The notes: a model not told the origin generated them from the letters alone. DNA of 64,000 nt from Geosiphon pyriformis uo1 (GCA_016748015.1 JAAOMT010000046.1:124001-188000); one strand, 5' to 3'. Positions 37,803-50,780 are shown, counted from the first letter of the stretch. Numbers and translations: made by a program.

Positions 37803-38687
37803 TGTTACAGGTAATTATTTCTGCTGTTGAATTAAATAACAAATCCATAACTTGGTGCTCAAAAGCTACTTCCGTGGATGAGGTTCTGCAAGTTTTGTAT
37901 CTGAAGGTTTTGATGAAGTCCTTTGTATAATGGACAGAGATTCAATAGTGTTGATAGTAGATGTATTTTTCCAAGAGTTTTTCCAATTTCTTTCTCAGTG
38001 TGGTGGCCGAATTTAGTCTGGTAGTCATGCCCTTCTGGTAAGCTATCTGATAATATATAAAATCCTACTCTTATTTCTGGGTCTTTTACCAGACTATCCT
38101 TGACGTCAATAACTCAGTGCTTAATCTTTTAATTAATTAGTATACAACAACAAAATCAAAAAGAAAGAAAATAAAATAAAGAAAATAAAATAAAGAAAAT
38201 AGAGAAAATAAGCCAAAGCAATTTGGTACGTTAGTATCTCATCAATAGTCATGATTAAGAGCTATTGTTTCAGCATGGTTAAGTATCAATTACTATCAAC
38301 ATGAAGTGTTGATAGTAGAGAGTGAGTTGAGATATGGAATAATTATTTATTTGATGATTGGGAACTGGAATGTTGTTTAGATTAAATCTAAACTGGGAGG
38401 TCTGTCTTTTCAGCTTCTAACCCTGCTGCTATATATACATAATTGAGATTTCTCAATTCCAGGATTCTTTACAACAGGAATCCTAGAATTCTTGGAATTC
38501 TGCAATTCCTTTGAGAGGAATCCTGAAATTCTGGAATTCTGCAATTTCTCGTCAGAGAATTCTGAAATTCTTGAAATCCTACAATTCCTGAAAGGAATTC
38601 TGGAATTTTACATTTACTATGCCTACTTCTAATTGGCTAATATCTACTGACTAATAATACTATATTTCTTATATTCTATGAGTAACA
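37803..38687 (-). repeat. G2 3' LTR
   Basis: Direct repeat of 47120-47998. Confidence 0.95.
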
Positions 38688-38700
38688 TTATTTCCTCTTT

Positions 38701-39330
38701 TTAATATTGAGCTCCATTGAAATCTAACTTGTTTAATTCTCCCTCTTGAAGTATTTCCTGGATTTCATTTTCGAGGATTACTTGTGTTAATTGGATCTGT
38801 AATTCTTTAAATTGAGCATTGGTGATCTTTCTTAATTGATTACTGGTAACCATATCTATTGCTTTGTTGAGTAATATTTCTGGTCTATTCTGAAATGCTG
38901 TATGTATTCAGTAGATGGCTCGGGCTTGTGTGGATAAATTGTTCTTTCCCACAAAATGTTCTAATTGTTGTAGTATTTTTTTGTCAAATAATTGCTTTGT
39001 TTTATTCATATATAGATTCTGGATATTTATGTGTTGTTCCAAGTAAAAATAACAATAGTTTCTTGGAAATTGTTGTATTCACCAATTCCAAGTTTCTTTA
39101 GTCAATTCTTAATATAGTGCTTCTTTTGTTAACTCTCTTATTGCTAATTTTACTTTTACAATAATTTTGTCCACTGTATTTTCAGTTTTTTTCTGTGTTC
39201 TGGATTGCAATGTCTTTTTAGTATCTTGATATCGAATGGTTTGTTGATTGATTGTAATCTCCATTTCCTGGTATTGAATCAACTGAAAGAGTTGTTGTGC
39301 TAGTGAGTGAATGTTGTCTGTAATTTCCAT
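38701..39330 (-). pseudogene. G2 ORF3, ~209 aa, unknown function
   Basis: One frame MEITDNIH...LDFNGAQY* with three internal stops, all explicable as C>T (TAA, TGA, TGA). Confidence 0.7.
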
Positions 39331-39379
39331 TTTTTTGATATTTCCTGTCACGTCTACTGTGTCTTTATATATTTTTTTG

Positions 39380-40770
39380 CTAAATCAATTTAACATGTTG
39401 TTGTCGATAATAATGATTGGTTCCAGATTTCGTGAAATTTCATCTGGTTGGACTAGTATTCTCTGTACTTCTAATTGTAAAATATTACTGGTAGATGGTA
39501 GTATGATATTGTGGTATGATTTCAGTTGATCTTCATGTGCTGCTTTGGTTAAAATTTTGTTATCCAGTCTTAATTTGTAAGCTTCATTTCCTAAAATTTC
39601 TTCTATGTAAAATGGTCCATCCCATTTGGGGTCGAATTTTCCACTCCATTGTTTTTTTGCTTTGGTACGATGTAAGAGTACTTTGTCTTCAATCTTGAAT
39701 TCAACTGGCTTGTCTAATAGTTGACTATCATGTCTTTCTTTCTGTTTCTCTTGTGACTTTTGAATATTATCAGCTGCTCTTTTTCATTTGTTTTTCAATG
39801 TTTCCATTAAGTCATATGTTCTTCTCAGCAATGTTTCTTGAAAATTTTCTTCTGTTATTGGTTCAGCTAGATATGTATTAATTTCTCTCTTTACTGGTAA
39901 TGTTGCTGTTCTATTGTATACTAATTCAAATGGTGTTGCTTGTGTAGTATCTTGCTTCATTGTCTAATAAGCAAATAATACTGATGGTATGAACAAATCC
40001 CATTTGTCCTGGTTTTCTTGGCTGAGTTTGGCAATTGCTTCACACAATGTTCTGTTGAATCTTTTGACTGATCTGTTGGTTTGTAGATGGTATGGTGATG
40101 ATAATGGTCTCTTAATTCTGAATCTTTGGCTCAATTCTGTTAATGTTCTGTTTACAAAATGAGTTCCTTGATCTGATAAAAATTCCTTTGGACATCTGTG
40201 TTGACAAATTAAATCTTGATGAACAAATTTGGCAATGGATTCTGCATCTGCTTTTTGAATTGCTTTTGTCTCTGGCCATTTAGTGAGATAGTCCATGACT
40301 ACTGCTATATATCTGTTTCTTTTGTTGGTAATTGTTAATGATCCGACTAAATCAATTCCAATCTAGTCAAATGGTTGTTCTACTTTAATTGGTCTTAATG
40401 GTTTACTGGGTTTTGTTTCTCCTCTTCACTGACAAGCGTCACAATTTTGAACATATTGGATGATGTCTGGATATATTGATGGCCAATAGTATCTTTTTTT
40501 GGTTCTTTCCATGGTTGCTTCTTTGTGAAAGTGTCTGGCTGTTAGATTTGAGTGCATGTTGAATAATATTGTCTCTTTCTCTGACTCTGTAATTATTCTG
40601 GTTGGCTGATCTGGATCTCTTCTATTTTTCTGATAAAGTATATTTTGGTGAGTGATAAAATATTTTGATTGTTGTTTAATTCTCTTTCATTCCATTTGAG
40701 ATAAATTCTCCTTGAACTGTTAAGTGTTTATATAATGTTGGAGTTGTTGATATTTTTGTATGTTCATCTT
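39380..40770 (-). pseudogene. G2 integrase (HHCC, core, GPF); no chromodomain
   Basis: MHSNLTARH...CDAC, DYLTKWPE, SDQGTHF, KWDGPF. Confidence 0.9.
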
Positions 40771-40799
40771 TTGTTATTTTTCGTTGGTATTGTTCTAGT

Positions 40800-42236
40800 T
40801 TTGTTATATTTTTGGGTTGAAATGTTTTAGATTTGTCTTATTCATGACAAACCATCAGCATTTCTGTTGTCTTTTCCTTTTTTGTAATGTATAGTATAAT
40901 TGTATGGTGTGAGTGCCATTTTCTATCTTGACTGTCTTCCATCTTCAAATTCTTGTTTTTGGAGTGATGTTAATCTCTTGTGGTCTGTGTATACTTCAAA
41001 CTTCTGGCTCAAGTATTCTCTTTATTTCATGACTGCCCAATATATTGCTAAGTGTTCTTGTTCCAGTGTTCCATAGTTCTTTTCAGCTGGCATAAAATCT
41101 CTGCTGGCATATGTTACTAGATGTTCTCTACTATCTGGTCCTCTCTGAGATAATACTGCTCCCAATGCTTGGCCGGATGCATCAGTGGTAATGATGAATG
41201 GTTTGCTGTAATCTGAATAAATCAGTACTAGAGCTTGAATAAGCTTTCTTTTCAAAATGTCAAAAGCTTCTTGTTGACTTTCTGCCCATTCATATTTGGT
41301 ATTCTTGGTTTGCAGTTGGTTGAGTGGCTGCACTATTTTGGAAAAGTTCTTGATAAAACGTCGATAGTAGCTGGCAAATCCCAAGAATGATTTCAGTTCT
41401 GTCATATTGGTTGGTACTAGAAAGTTCTTTATTATCTCTATTTTCTTTGGATCTGTTTTGATGCCATCTTTGCTGACTATGTGTCTCAAGAATTTTAGCT
41501 CTGTCTTGCTAAAGAAGCACTTTGTTGCATTTAACTTTAGTCCTGCTTTTCTTAGTCTTTTGAACACTTGTTGAAGATGATGAAGATGATCATCAAATGT
41601 TTTTGAGAATACATTGGTGTCATTCAAGTATACAACTACTGATTTCCACAATAAGCCAGTATAGACAATTTCCATTAGTCATTGGAAAGTGGCTGGTGCA
41701 TTGGTTAAACTGAATGACATTACTTCAAATTCAAAATTCCCTTTTTTCATGGTAAATGCTGTCTTTTCTTTGTTGGCTGGATCCATGGCTACTTGCCAGT
41801 AACCACTATCTAAGTCCAACATTGAGAACCATTTATTTCTGCCAAAAGCATTGAATAATTCCTGTATCCATAGAGTTGGATAGCTGTCTCCATGAGTTAC
41901 ACCATTGAGTTTTCTGTAGTCTACACAAAATCAGATCTTTCCATTCTTCTTATGGATGAGTATTACTGGTAATGACCATGGGCTCATTGATGGCTGAATT
42001 AGCCCATTGTTAAGCATTCGGTTTATCTCTTGATGAATAATCTCGTGGCTGGCTGGTGGCACTCTGTATGCTCTTTGTTTAATTGGCATTGCATCTCCAG
42101 TCTTGATCTGGTGCTGGATGATATCAGTTTGGCCAAACTCATTTTCGCTGGCAAAAATGTCATTGAACTGGTTGAGCAATATCTTGAGTTGCATATGTTG
42201 GAGTGGATCTAAGTTTTTCATGTTCATTTGTTCCAA
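40800..42236 (-). pseudogene. G2 reverse transcriptase and RNase H
   Basis: PIKQRAYR, SPWSLPV, YLND (=YLDD), FLGFASYYRRFI, TDASG. Confidence 0.93.
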
Positions 42237-42659
42237 TTGTTCTGGTTAGAGCAAATAACATTTACTTCGTCTGTATATTGTTTGTGATGTGATATCAACA
42301 TATTCACAAAGTTGTGGAAAGTCTGGAATGGGAGTTGGTGGTTGATCCTTCATTTTAGTGTTTAAGTATCCAATAATGGTTCCGGCTGGTATTTCTATGA
42401 TATTTATTGTATTGTTGTAGATGGGAATTTTGAAATGGCTGTAATTTTTGGCTGGTATGTGAAGATTAATGAGTCCAACTTCTCCTGATTCACAAAGACT
42501 GACTTCTGCTTCAAAAATTTGTGCTTGGTTTTTTTTCTTTCTTTCTATTGCTAGCATGTACTGGTTATATGGTGGAATAGAAATAGCTTGACTGGTTGAG
42601 ATAATTTCTCCTTGGCCAACAATTTTTTTCTCCACCATATTAACTGATACATCTATTCT

Positions 42660-43052
42660 ACTCATTGATCCAAATCTCTGTATTCCTCTTGCTGTTATTC
42701 TTAATTCCTTCCTCTTTCCTACTGATACTAACTGAGCTACTCTAACCAGAGACAGGAATATTGTCTGTGCTATCTTTTCATTGGGCTCTATTACATAGGC
42801 CTTTTCTGAGTCATTTTGTAGCATAGTAATGATATTTCCTACATATCCCGCGTTAATTATTTCTCCTCTTATATTAATTCCTCTTTTCGCTAAACTACTC
42901 CTAGATGCTAATTGAACTATTGTTGTGGCTGGAATTTTTAGTGCTACTTTCAGATCAATGCAGATGCATGAATGTGGTTCCAATTTGATGACTTCTGTTC
43001 CCAGATATCTCAGATCAAATCCTGCATCAGTATTGTACGCGCATTCTGACAT
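42660..43052 (-). pseudogene. dUTPase domain within G2 pol
   Basis: Five trimeric dUTPase motifs: DAGFDL, SRSSLA, GEIINAGYVG, KIAQ, RGIQRFGS. Confidence 0.9.
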
Positions 43053-44366
43053 AATACCTTTATTATTATCACTGAACTATTTTAGTTCTTGTTCTTTGAT
43101 AAGGTCAGGAAGCACGATATATTGCTCATAGTTTGAGTCAAAGTTTGAATCTGAGTTGATATTATTGTCATTGTCATTGCTGTTTTGAACAGAGCTGGAA
43201 CCATTATTTTTGTCATCGTCATTGTCATTGTTGGGGTTTGAATCAGGATCGAGCAGCAATTCTGACTCTGATGCACAGCTGCTGATTAGTTCTTCTTCTT
43301 CAGGAATTGTGTAAATAATGCATGGTGGTGGATTGTAAATGAGGTCACATTTGTTACAATATTCAAAGTCACTGGAAATTAAACAATGGCAACACAGTCT
43401 TGTATTCAATTGTGCTAACCATTATTCTTGCTCTTCTCTAGTGGGTGCCAAGTTCTGGTAGTGTTTATGGAACTCTTCTGGTTCCAGAAAATTTATAACT
43501 GGCTCTGTGTCCCAGTCAAGCTTGATAAGTTCTGATGAGTTATTTTTGATTTCTCTGATCTTTTCGGGTGTTGCTCCTTCTATTTTTCCAATTGCCATTC
43601 TCCAAATTTTGTCATCATCATGTGAACAACTGTCTAGTCACTGCACAGCTCTTTTCCAAGCTGCTTTTATTGGTGTTCCTTTTTTTACCCAGTCACTTAT
43701 TAGAATCATGTATTAACATGATGCATCACACATTCCTCCACGTCTTGGGATGTCATTCCACATCCCTTTATCTAGCAGAATCTCCCCACAAGTAAGACAA
43801 GGTTGGTTATCTCATTTTTCTTGCCTCTTTGGTCATCCAAAGCATTTGAATAAGCATAGATGACAGTAGAACTTTGTTGCAGTATGGTATTCCTTATTGT
43901 CGCCACAGCATGCACTCATTGATGACAGTTTCTTGCCGCAATTGACACATACAAGCCTTGGCCATCAATAATTAGATTGTTGTGGAGTGTGGTGGGTGTA
44001 GGAATTACAAATGGTGGCAGTTGGTGGCGTTTTTTCTTCCTTTTCTTTTCCTTTTTCTTTATCTTCATTCCATTCCCAACTGGAGGCTTCTTCTTGTTTA
44101 TTGTCGGTCCAAGTCAGATTGTCGGTTTTTTAGGTAAGTTCGTTTGTTTGCTTCCCTTTCCCATTGTCGTCCCAAGAGAGTATTGGCGGCAGCTTGTTGT
44201 GTTCTTCATTAGCCCATGACACTTGGTAGGCTTTCCAGGTAGGTTTTTGTTTTTTTTCCTCGAAGTTGATTAATGGCGCCATGGTGTTGGTAGCCTTGAA
44301 GTAGCTATACATAGCTGGTACTTGCATGTGTTGCCCATTCTGGCTAAGTTGGAGCTCTTGTGTATT

Positions 44367-47057
44367 CTAGTCCAGAGTAGTATTTGTCTTGGACAGCCAG
44401 TCATTACTAACTAGAGCTTGGCATTGGGTGGCTTCCATAATGAGTACTTTGATTGGTACTATGATACCATTAATTTCGATTGGTAAGTCATCGATTTTAC
44501 TGATTAGAGTCTTGGTCATTTCATCAGCCATGATGATTCTGGCACTAGCAGCTCGATCAACTCGGCAACCTAATTGATCCATGAGTTGTTGTGTGATGAT
44601 GCTGCCTGCTGAACCACTGTCAAGAATTAGTTTGATGTAATGGCCATCAATTTTCGCATTAATATACATGGTGGTAATTGGCTTTTCTTCTAGTACAGTT
44701 CCACTAAATAATGGCATGGTTGACGGTTCCTCAAGTTCGAATAGAAAAATGGCATCCAGTGATTCGTCATTGGTAACTGTTGCTGGCGAAATATTGCTGA
44801 TACATGTTTGTTGTTTTTGAGTAAGTTCCTGATTGCTGGGTGAGGTGTCTTCTGGGGTAACCAAAAGACTTAAATAGTTCTGAAAATTTGGGTTTTGGGG
44901 ATTCCCAGCACCCGAATTCTGTTGACGAGATCTTGTTTGACTGAAGAAGCTGGGAATTGGCTGATGTACTACCATCAACAATCTCCAGTTTTGCTGCGTG
45001 ATTCTCAGCCTTTGGACTCCACTGGCCGGTAAGTTTTGTGGTGGGGTCTGAATCATTTGGGGTTGATAGATTGTTGGCAGTTGTGGTTGATACATTACCT
45101 GTGACTGTGGCTGATAAATTGGGGCTGTTGGTTGATAAATTAAAGCTTGATATACTGGTAGCTGATAAATTGATTGCTGTGTCATTGGCAGGTAAGTAGT
45201 TTGATATTGTATTGAGTTTGATTGATGATTCGGAGTTGAGAACCGGCAATTGGGGTTTCGATATTGATTTCCCAATCGTTGGTTATTTAAACGCTGGCGA
45301 CAGTCAATTTGGATATGTCCTTGTTTACCACAATAGTGGCAGATACGTGTTTCCTGTTGTCATTGTTGATTGGTCGATGAAAATGGACATGGTTGATTTT
45401 GGGCATGATTAGAGTTTCCTTGATTATTGCGTCGTTGTGGAGGCTAATAAATGGTGTGATTGTCAGCTAAGTATCCTTCCAATCTCTTATTAATTGATTC
45501 ACTGAACTTCTCCAATTTGGAATCCAATTCAGATGATCCATTCATTACTAGATTAACAGCTTGGGCATGATTAGTCTCTGACTCAGCAGATTCAAAATCT
45601 TTGGTGCGTGTGACTGTGTTCTGAAGAGTGCCTAGATGTAACAGACATATATGTTGCAAGATGCTGCTACGCAGGCCACGGATAAACTGGTTGAGTATCT
45701 GTGAGGCTGTGAAATAGTTGGCATCAATTGCTTGAATTTGGCACAGGTTTTGATGAAAGCGTCCCAGATAAGTGGTGACCACTTCAGTTTCTCCTTGTTT
45801 CATGGTGGTGAATGTATTGACTAGGCAATTGATGCTATTATTGTTGCTAAAGTATCTTAGGAATTCCACTTTGAAGGCATTGAAATCTTGTGGTTTATTA
45901 ACCAAGCTTTGATACCATGAATTGGCAGTATCCTTGAGAAAGTAGGGAATGGCTTGCATTGCTCGGGTGTCATTTCATCTGTTGGCTACAATGGCTTTTT
46001 CTACATCATTCAGCCATACTTGAGCATTATTCTTTTCATCAGTAAAGTTGTCAAGTTTTGCGATTGGTGCATAGGCCATTGGATCTAAGTTAGGTGGTTG
46101 TGGTGGCTGTTAAAGCAGTTGTTGTACTGGTTGTTGGGGTGGTAGTTGAAGTGGCTGTTGTATGGGTTCGGCTATGAAATTAATTGGTGGTTGATCGATG
46201 ACAATTACCAGAGGTAAGTTTTGCTGATTAATTAATTCAGAGTTTGGATTGTTCTGTCTTTGATGATTTGGAGTTTTGATTTCCGAATTTTTTAGATTTA
46301 AATTTTGCTGAGTTTAAAAATTCGGGGTTTCAACTTCCAGGTTTTCAGTGATCGGGTGCTGGTAAGTAAATTCTTGATCCTCTGATTCTTCTTCCTTTTT
46401 TTCTGATTCTGCTGCTTCTCACAGATCAGAGATTCTGAAATCAGGTGGAGGTGGTGATGATCAAAGTCCTGATGGGGTTGATGATCATGAATTAAATCCC
46501 TCAAAATATTCACCATATGGTCCTAATAATTCTGTTTTCTTTTGTCTACTTTGGAATGGGAATCATCTAAATGCTGATGTCACAGTTGATGGGAATGTGT
46601 CTGTTGATGATATGTTGATGGCACTTCCAGGTGTATAATAGTAGGATAAGTTGCTTGGGGATTCAATTCTGTTTTTCTTCCAAGTAGGTGGCTGTATTTT
46701 TCTGGGTGTTACTGCTGGTGTTTGTAGTTTTCCCTTGCCTTTACTAGCATATGTAATTGGATATCTTTGTTGAGTGTGGTGTTCAATTTCTTTGTTGATC
46801 TTAGTGATGATAGATGCAAAATTATGATTTGTTGGCAGGTTGGTGTTTTGAATTAACTCTCTATAGAAAGTTTCCCTTGCTGATTCAGTATTCACTGGTG
46901 TTCCTAATAAAGAAGAAATCTTTTTATTGACATAGAAGTTGAAGACTGATTCAGCGGATATATAATTGTGGTTTAATTCCAAGTATTGACAATAGTATTG
47001 AAATAAGAATTTTGTGAATCCTAAATGGTTTGCTCCTATATTTTCTGATTCTGTCAC
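44367..47057 (-). pseudogene. G2 gag and aspartic protease
   Basis: Retrotrans_gag-like ORF 45444-45959; knuckle CHYCGKQGHIQIDC ~45300-45345; protease LILDSGSAGS ~44620. Confidence 0.9.
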
Positions 47058-47100
47058 TTTTGGATGGTGTCTGTTGGTGCTGGTTCTCTGTAGGATTATA

Positions 47101-47117
47101 CCTCACAGGGAGCACCA
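47101..47117 (-). promoter_or_regulatory. G2 primer binding site TGGTGCTCCCTGTGAGG
   Basis: 2 nt inside the 5' LTR boundary, begins TGG (complement of tRNA CCA). Confidence 0.9.
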
Positions 47118-47119
47118 AA

Positions 47120-47998
47120 TGTTACAGGTAATTATTTCTGCTGTTGAATTAAATAACAAATCCATAACTGCTCAAAAGCTACTTCCGTGAATGAGGTTCT
47201 GCAAGTTTTGTATCTGAAGGTTTTGATGAAGTCCTTGTATAATGGATAGAGATTCAATAGTGTTGATAGTAGATGTATCTTTCCAAGAGTTTTCCCAATT
47301 TTTTTCTCAGCATGGTGGCTGGATTTAGTCTGGCAGTCGTGTTCTTCTGGTAAGCTATCTGATAATATATAAAATTTTACCCTTATTTCTGGGTCTTTTA
47401 CCAGGCTATCCTTGACATCAATAACTCAGAGCTTAATCTTTTAATCAATTAGTATACAACAACAAAATCAAAAAGAAAGAAAATAAAATAAAGAAAATAA
47501 AATAAAGAAAATAGAGAAAATAAGCCAAGACAATTTGGTATGTTAGTATCTCGTCAATAGCTGTGATCAAGAGCTATTGTTCTAGCATGGTTAAGTATCA
47601 ATTACTATCAACATGAAGTGTTGATAGTAGAGAGTAAGTTGAGATATAGAATAATTATTTATTTGATGATTGGAAACTGGAATGTTGTTTAGATTAAATC
47701 TAAACTGGGAGGTCTGTCTTTTCAGCTTCTACCCTGCTGCTATATATACATAATTAAGATTTCTCAATTCCTTGATTCTTTATGACAGGAATCCTGGAAT
47801 TCCTGGAATCTTGCAATTCTTTTGAGAGGAATCCTGGAATTCTGGAATCCTGCAATTCCTCGTTGGGGAATCCTGAAATTCCTGGAATCCTGCAATTCCT
47901 AAGAAAAATCCTGGAATTCCACATTTACTATGCCTACTTCTAATTAGCTAATATCTACTGACTAATAATACTATATTTCCTATATTCTATGAGTAACA
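47120..47998 (-). repeat. G2 5' LTR
   Basis: Followed by the PBS; TATA (TATATATAGC) downstream of the GGAATTCC repeat block. Confidence 0.95.
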
Positions 47999-48268
47999 CC
48001 ATTTAGACAGAGACAATGTCTATGGTAATAAATTCTCTAACCAGTGGAAAGAATTCTTTATAGTCAACAAAGTTTTGAACAATGGTTCTTATATCTTACA
48101 AGATCAATATGAAACAATCTTCAATAATCACCCTGTTTATGGCACATGACTCAAGAAATATCACAAACAGCCTGATTGGTTACCTGTTGTGGTAATATCG
48201 ACCCAAATGATCAAAAATCAGATATAAATAAATGCACTATTCCCAAAACAGAGGTATTTTCAATCAAC

Positions 48269-48925
48269 ATAAACAATTATTTCCTAGATCAAAACATTCA
48301 AAACACTTTCTATACTCTCCATGAGTACTGGATCAAAAATTATCCAAATGCTACTCTGACTATTGGAAAACAAACCACCATAACTAATAACAATAGAACA
48401 CATACTGTTATTAAACCAAAGAAAACCACTATCAGAAGAAAAAAAATTGGTAGCAAAATAGATAAGTATTTGCTGGAAAGCATAACAGCAGCAATACTTA
48501 CACCTTCCATGACAATTGGAAAAACAATTAAGGAAATCTTGCCCATAGACAAAAACTTGTCATATGGAAGGCAACTAGAACTCTATGGTCATCTTGGTGA
48601 AATCATAGAAGAAATGAAGCTCATAAAGAAAACAACTTCAGAGATACAAGTGGAAATTTTGGGCATTATATATTTAGATGTCTCAAGAGTTTTGACCATT
48701 GCAAGAAAAACCAAAACTGTTATACAAAGATTTGATCTCTTGGATACAAAGCTTATTTTGTCTCAAGTACTATACACTCTATCCACAAAAGACTTCAACA
48801 AACTAGTTAATTTTGAGTTAAACAAAACCTTTCAATTAGAATACCCTATAAATAGCTTGATTTTGCCAGAGCTCAATCTCTTTGGAGAGGATGATATTAT
48901 GATTGAAACCCATAATTATTATTAG
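48269..48925 (+). CDS. G1 ORF3 (stop-free 218 codons; start mutated to ATA), unknown function
   Basis: Within ORF 48176-48925; homologous to 57984-58640. Confidence 0.7.
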   Translation: MNNYFLDQNIQNTFYTLHEYWIKNYPNATLTIGKQTTITNNNRTHTVIKPKKTTIRRKKIGSKIDKYLLESITAAILTPSMTIGKTIKEILPIDKNLSYGRQLELYGHLGEIIEEMKLIKKTTSEIQVEILGIIYLDVSRVLTIARKTKTVIQRFDLLDTKLILSQVLYTLSTKDFNKLVNFELNKTFQLEYPINSLILPELNLFGEDDIMIETHNYY

Positions 48926-50780
48926 TTATCACATGTATTAGCCACTGATGTCATATAATTAGCCACTTTATTTTTAAATAGTGATTGTTGACCTGATTAT
49001 TGACCTGATCATTGACCTAGTCATTGACCTGTTCATTGACCACTTTCAATAGCTATATAAGTGATGAGTCTCTTAGCTGTAGAAAATTATTTTTCAGACA
49101 AGAATCAAATAAATAAAAATAACAACTTTCATCTCAATCACTCTTTTATCACTAATTTCTCTTTCCCTACCTTCAAGTATCTGAACATCTTAGGATAAAA
49201 GATTACTTGTTGGTCTTTTTCTGTTTGAATAATTGTAGTATTTGAAGACTATTTGTATAAATGTGACTGAAAAGCACAAGTTAATACCTGATATTAAATT
49301 CTAAGAGTGCCGATGTGAAGGCATAAAATTAATACCAGCAGTAATCAATTGTTGATAGTACAGACTATCCCTTTACCTTCAGATTCTCCAGTTATTTTTG
49401 AAAAGAATAGCAACTGAGATATTTTATGAGACTGATCTCACACATTGAATTCATACTTATTCAATTCGCTCTTTAAAGTTGAATTGCCCTTTGATTATTT
49501 CCATCATCCTACAATCCTGTTCTCCCTTACTATCTGTTAGCTTATTACTCCAACCCGTAACAATATTATCTGCCATCATGGCTGCTCCAAAGAACTTTTA
49601 TTTAATAGAGAAAAAGCTTTTCTCAGTACACTGGTTGAAGAACTTTACAGGAAAACGAGAATACATCACAAACTTTCTTTTCCCTACCACCCCCAAACAA
49701 ATGGCTTAGTAGAACATTTCAATAGAACATTATGTGAAACTCTAGCTAAAACCAGTGAAAAAACAAACTTATAGGACAAAGTACTGCCTTTAGCTTTGTT
49801 TGCTTATAGAACTGTGAATTATGATATAACAAATTATGAACCTTTTTATTTGCTCTATAGATGCATGGCAACACTACCAATAGAAACTGATATTGAAACA
49901 ATACTCTTTGAAAAAATCATAATAGGAAATTACAAAGACATTTTGCAAAGAAGACTTGGTACCATTCTTGACTTCTTAGTAGAAGCATGAATAATTGCTT
50001 TTGAAAAAATAAAACAGTTCCAAGAAAAGCTTAAGAAAAAGAAAGCCTATAAAACATTTTCTTTAAGTGTTGGTAACTTTGTATTAGAATACTGTTCAGA
50101 CAAAGACAATGTCTATAGTAATGTTATGGTTGAGATCTATACTTCTTATTAATTATCACATGTATTAGCCACTGATGTCATATGATTAGCCACACTATTT
50201 TTAGAAAGTGATCATTGACCTGATCAATGATCTGACCATTGACCACTTTTGATAGCTATTTAAGCAATAAATCTCTTAACTGTAGAAAAGCATGTAATAA
50301 CAAGTATCTGAATAATTAAGAATAAATAAAATAACAACTTTCATCTCAATCCTTCTCTTATCGCTAATTTCCCTTTCCCTACCTTCAAGTATCTGAACAT
50401 CTTAAAGATAAAAGATTACTTGTTGGCCTTTTTTTGACGTATATAATTGTAGCATTTGAAGATTATTTAAATAAACGTGACTGAAAAGCACAAGTTGATA
50501 CCTGATATTGAATTCTAAGAGTGCTGACATGAGGCATAGAATTATACCAGTGGTGATCAATTGTTGACAGTATGGACTATCCCTCTACCTTCAGATTCCC
50601 CAATTACTTTTGAAAAGAATAGTGACTGAGATATTTTATGAGACTAATCTCACACATTGAATCTATACTCATTCAATTTGCTTTTTAAAGTTGAATTCTT
50701 CTTTGATTATTTCCATCACCCTACAATCCTGTTCTCCCTTGCTATCCATTAACTTGTTACTCCAACCCATAACATAAAAG

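Larger units (their letters stand above)
37803..47998 (-). mobile_element. Ty3/Gypsy family G2, full length (10.2 kb) with dUTPase and ORF3
   Basis: LTRs 47120-47998 (5') and 37803-38687 (3') with TGTTAC...GTAACA; PBS 47101-47117; PPT 38688-38702; TSD CTGT/CCAT. Confidence 0.96.
37754..49562 (+). mobile_element. G1 copy 4, 3' part (integrase end, ORF3, 3' LTR 48895-49562), host of the G2 insertion
   Basis: 37754-37802 continues seamlessly at 47999. Confidence 0.88.

Noticed and set aside
42246-43052. dUTPase as the cause of G2's higher CpG retention
   Set aside because: dUTPase acts on nucleotide pools and cannot prevent deamination of genomic 5mC; younger age is simpler
44767-45249. 160-aa alternative-frame ORF overlapping G2 gag
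   Set aside because: Shadow frame of a Gln/Pro-rich low-complexity region; only one copy is available to test
48269-48925. ORF3 copies being selectively kept intact (domestication)
   Set aside because: Stop density in neighbouring pol is low enough that a stop-free 650 bp is plausible by chance; other copies are disrupted
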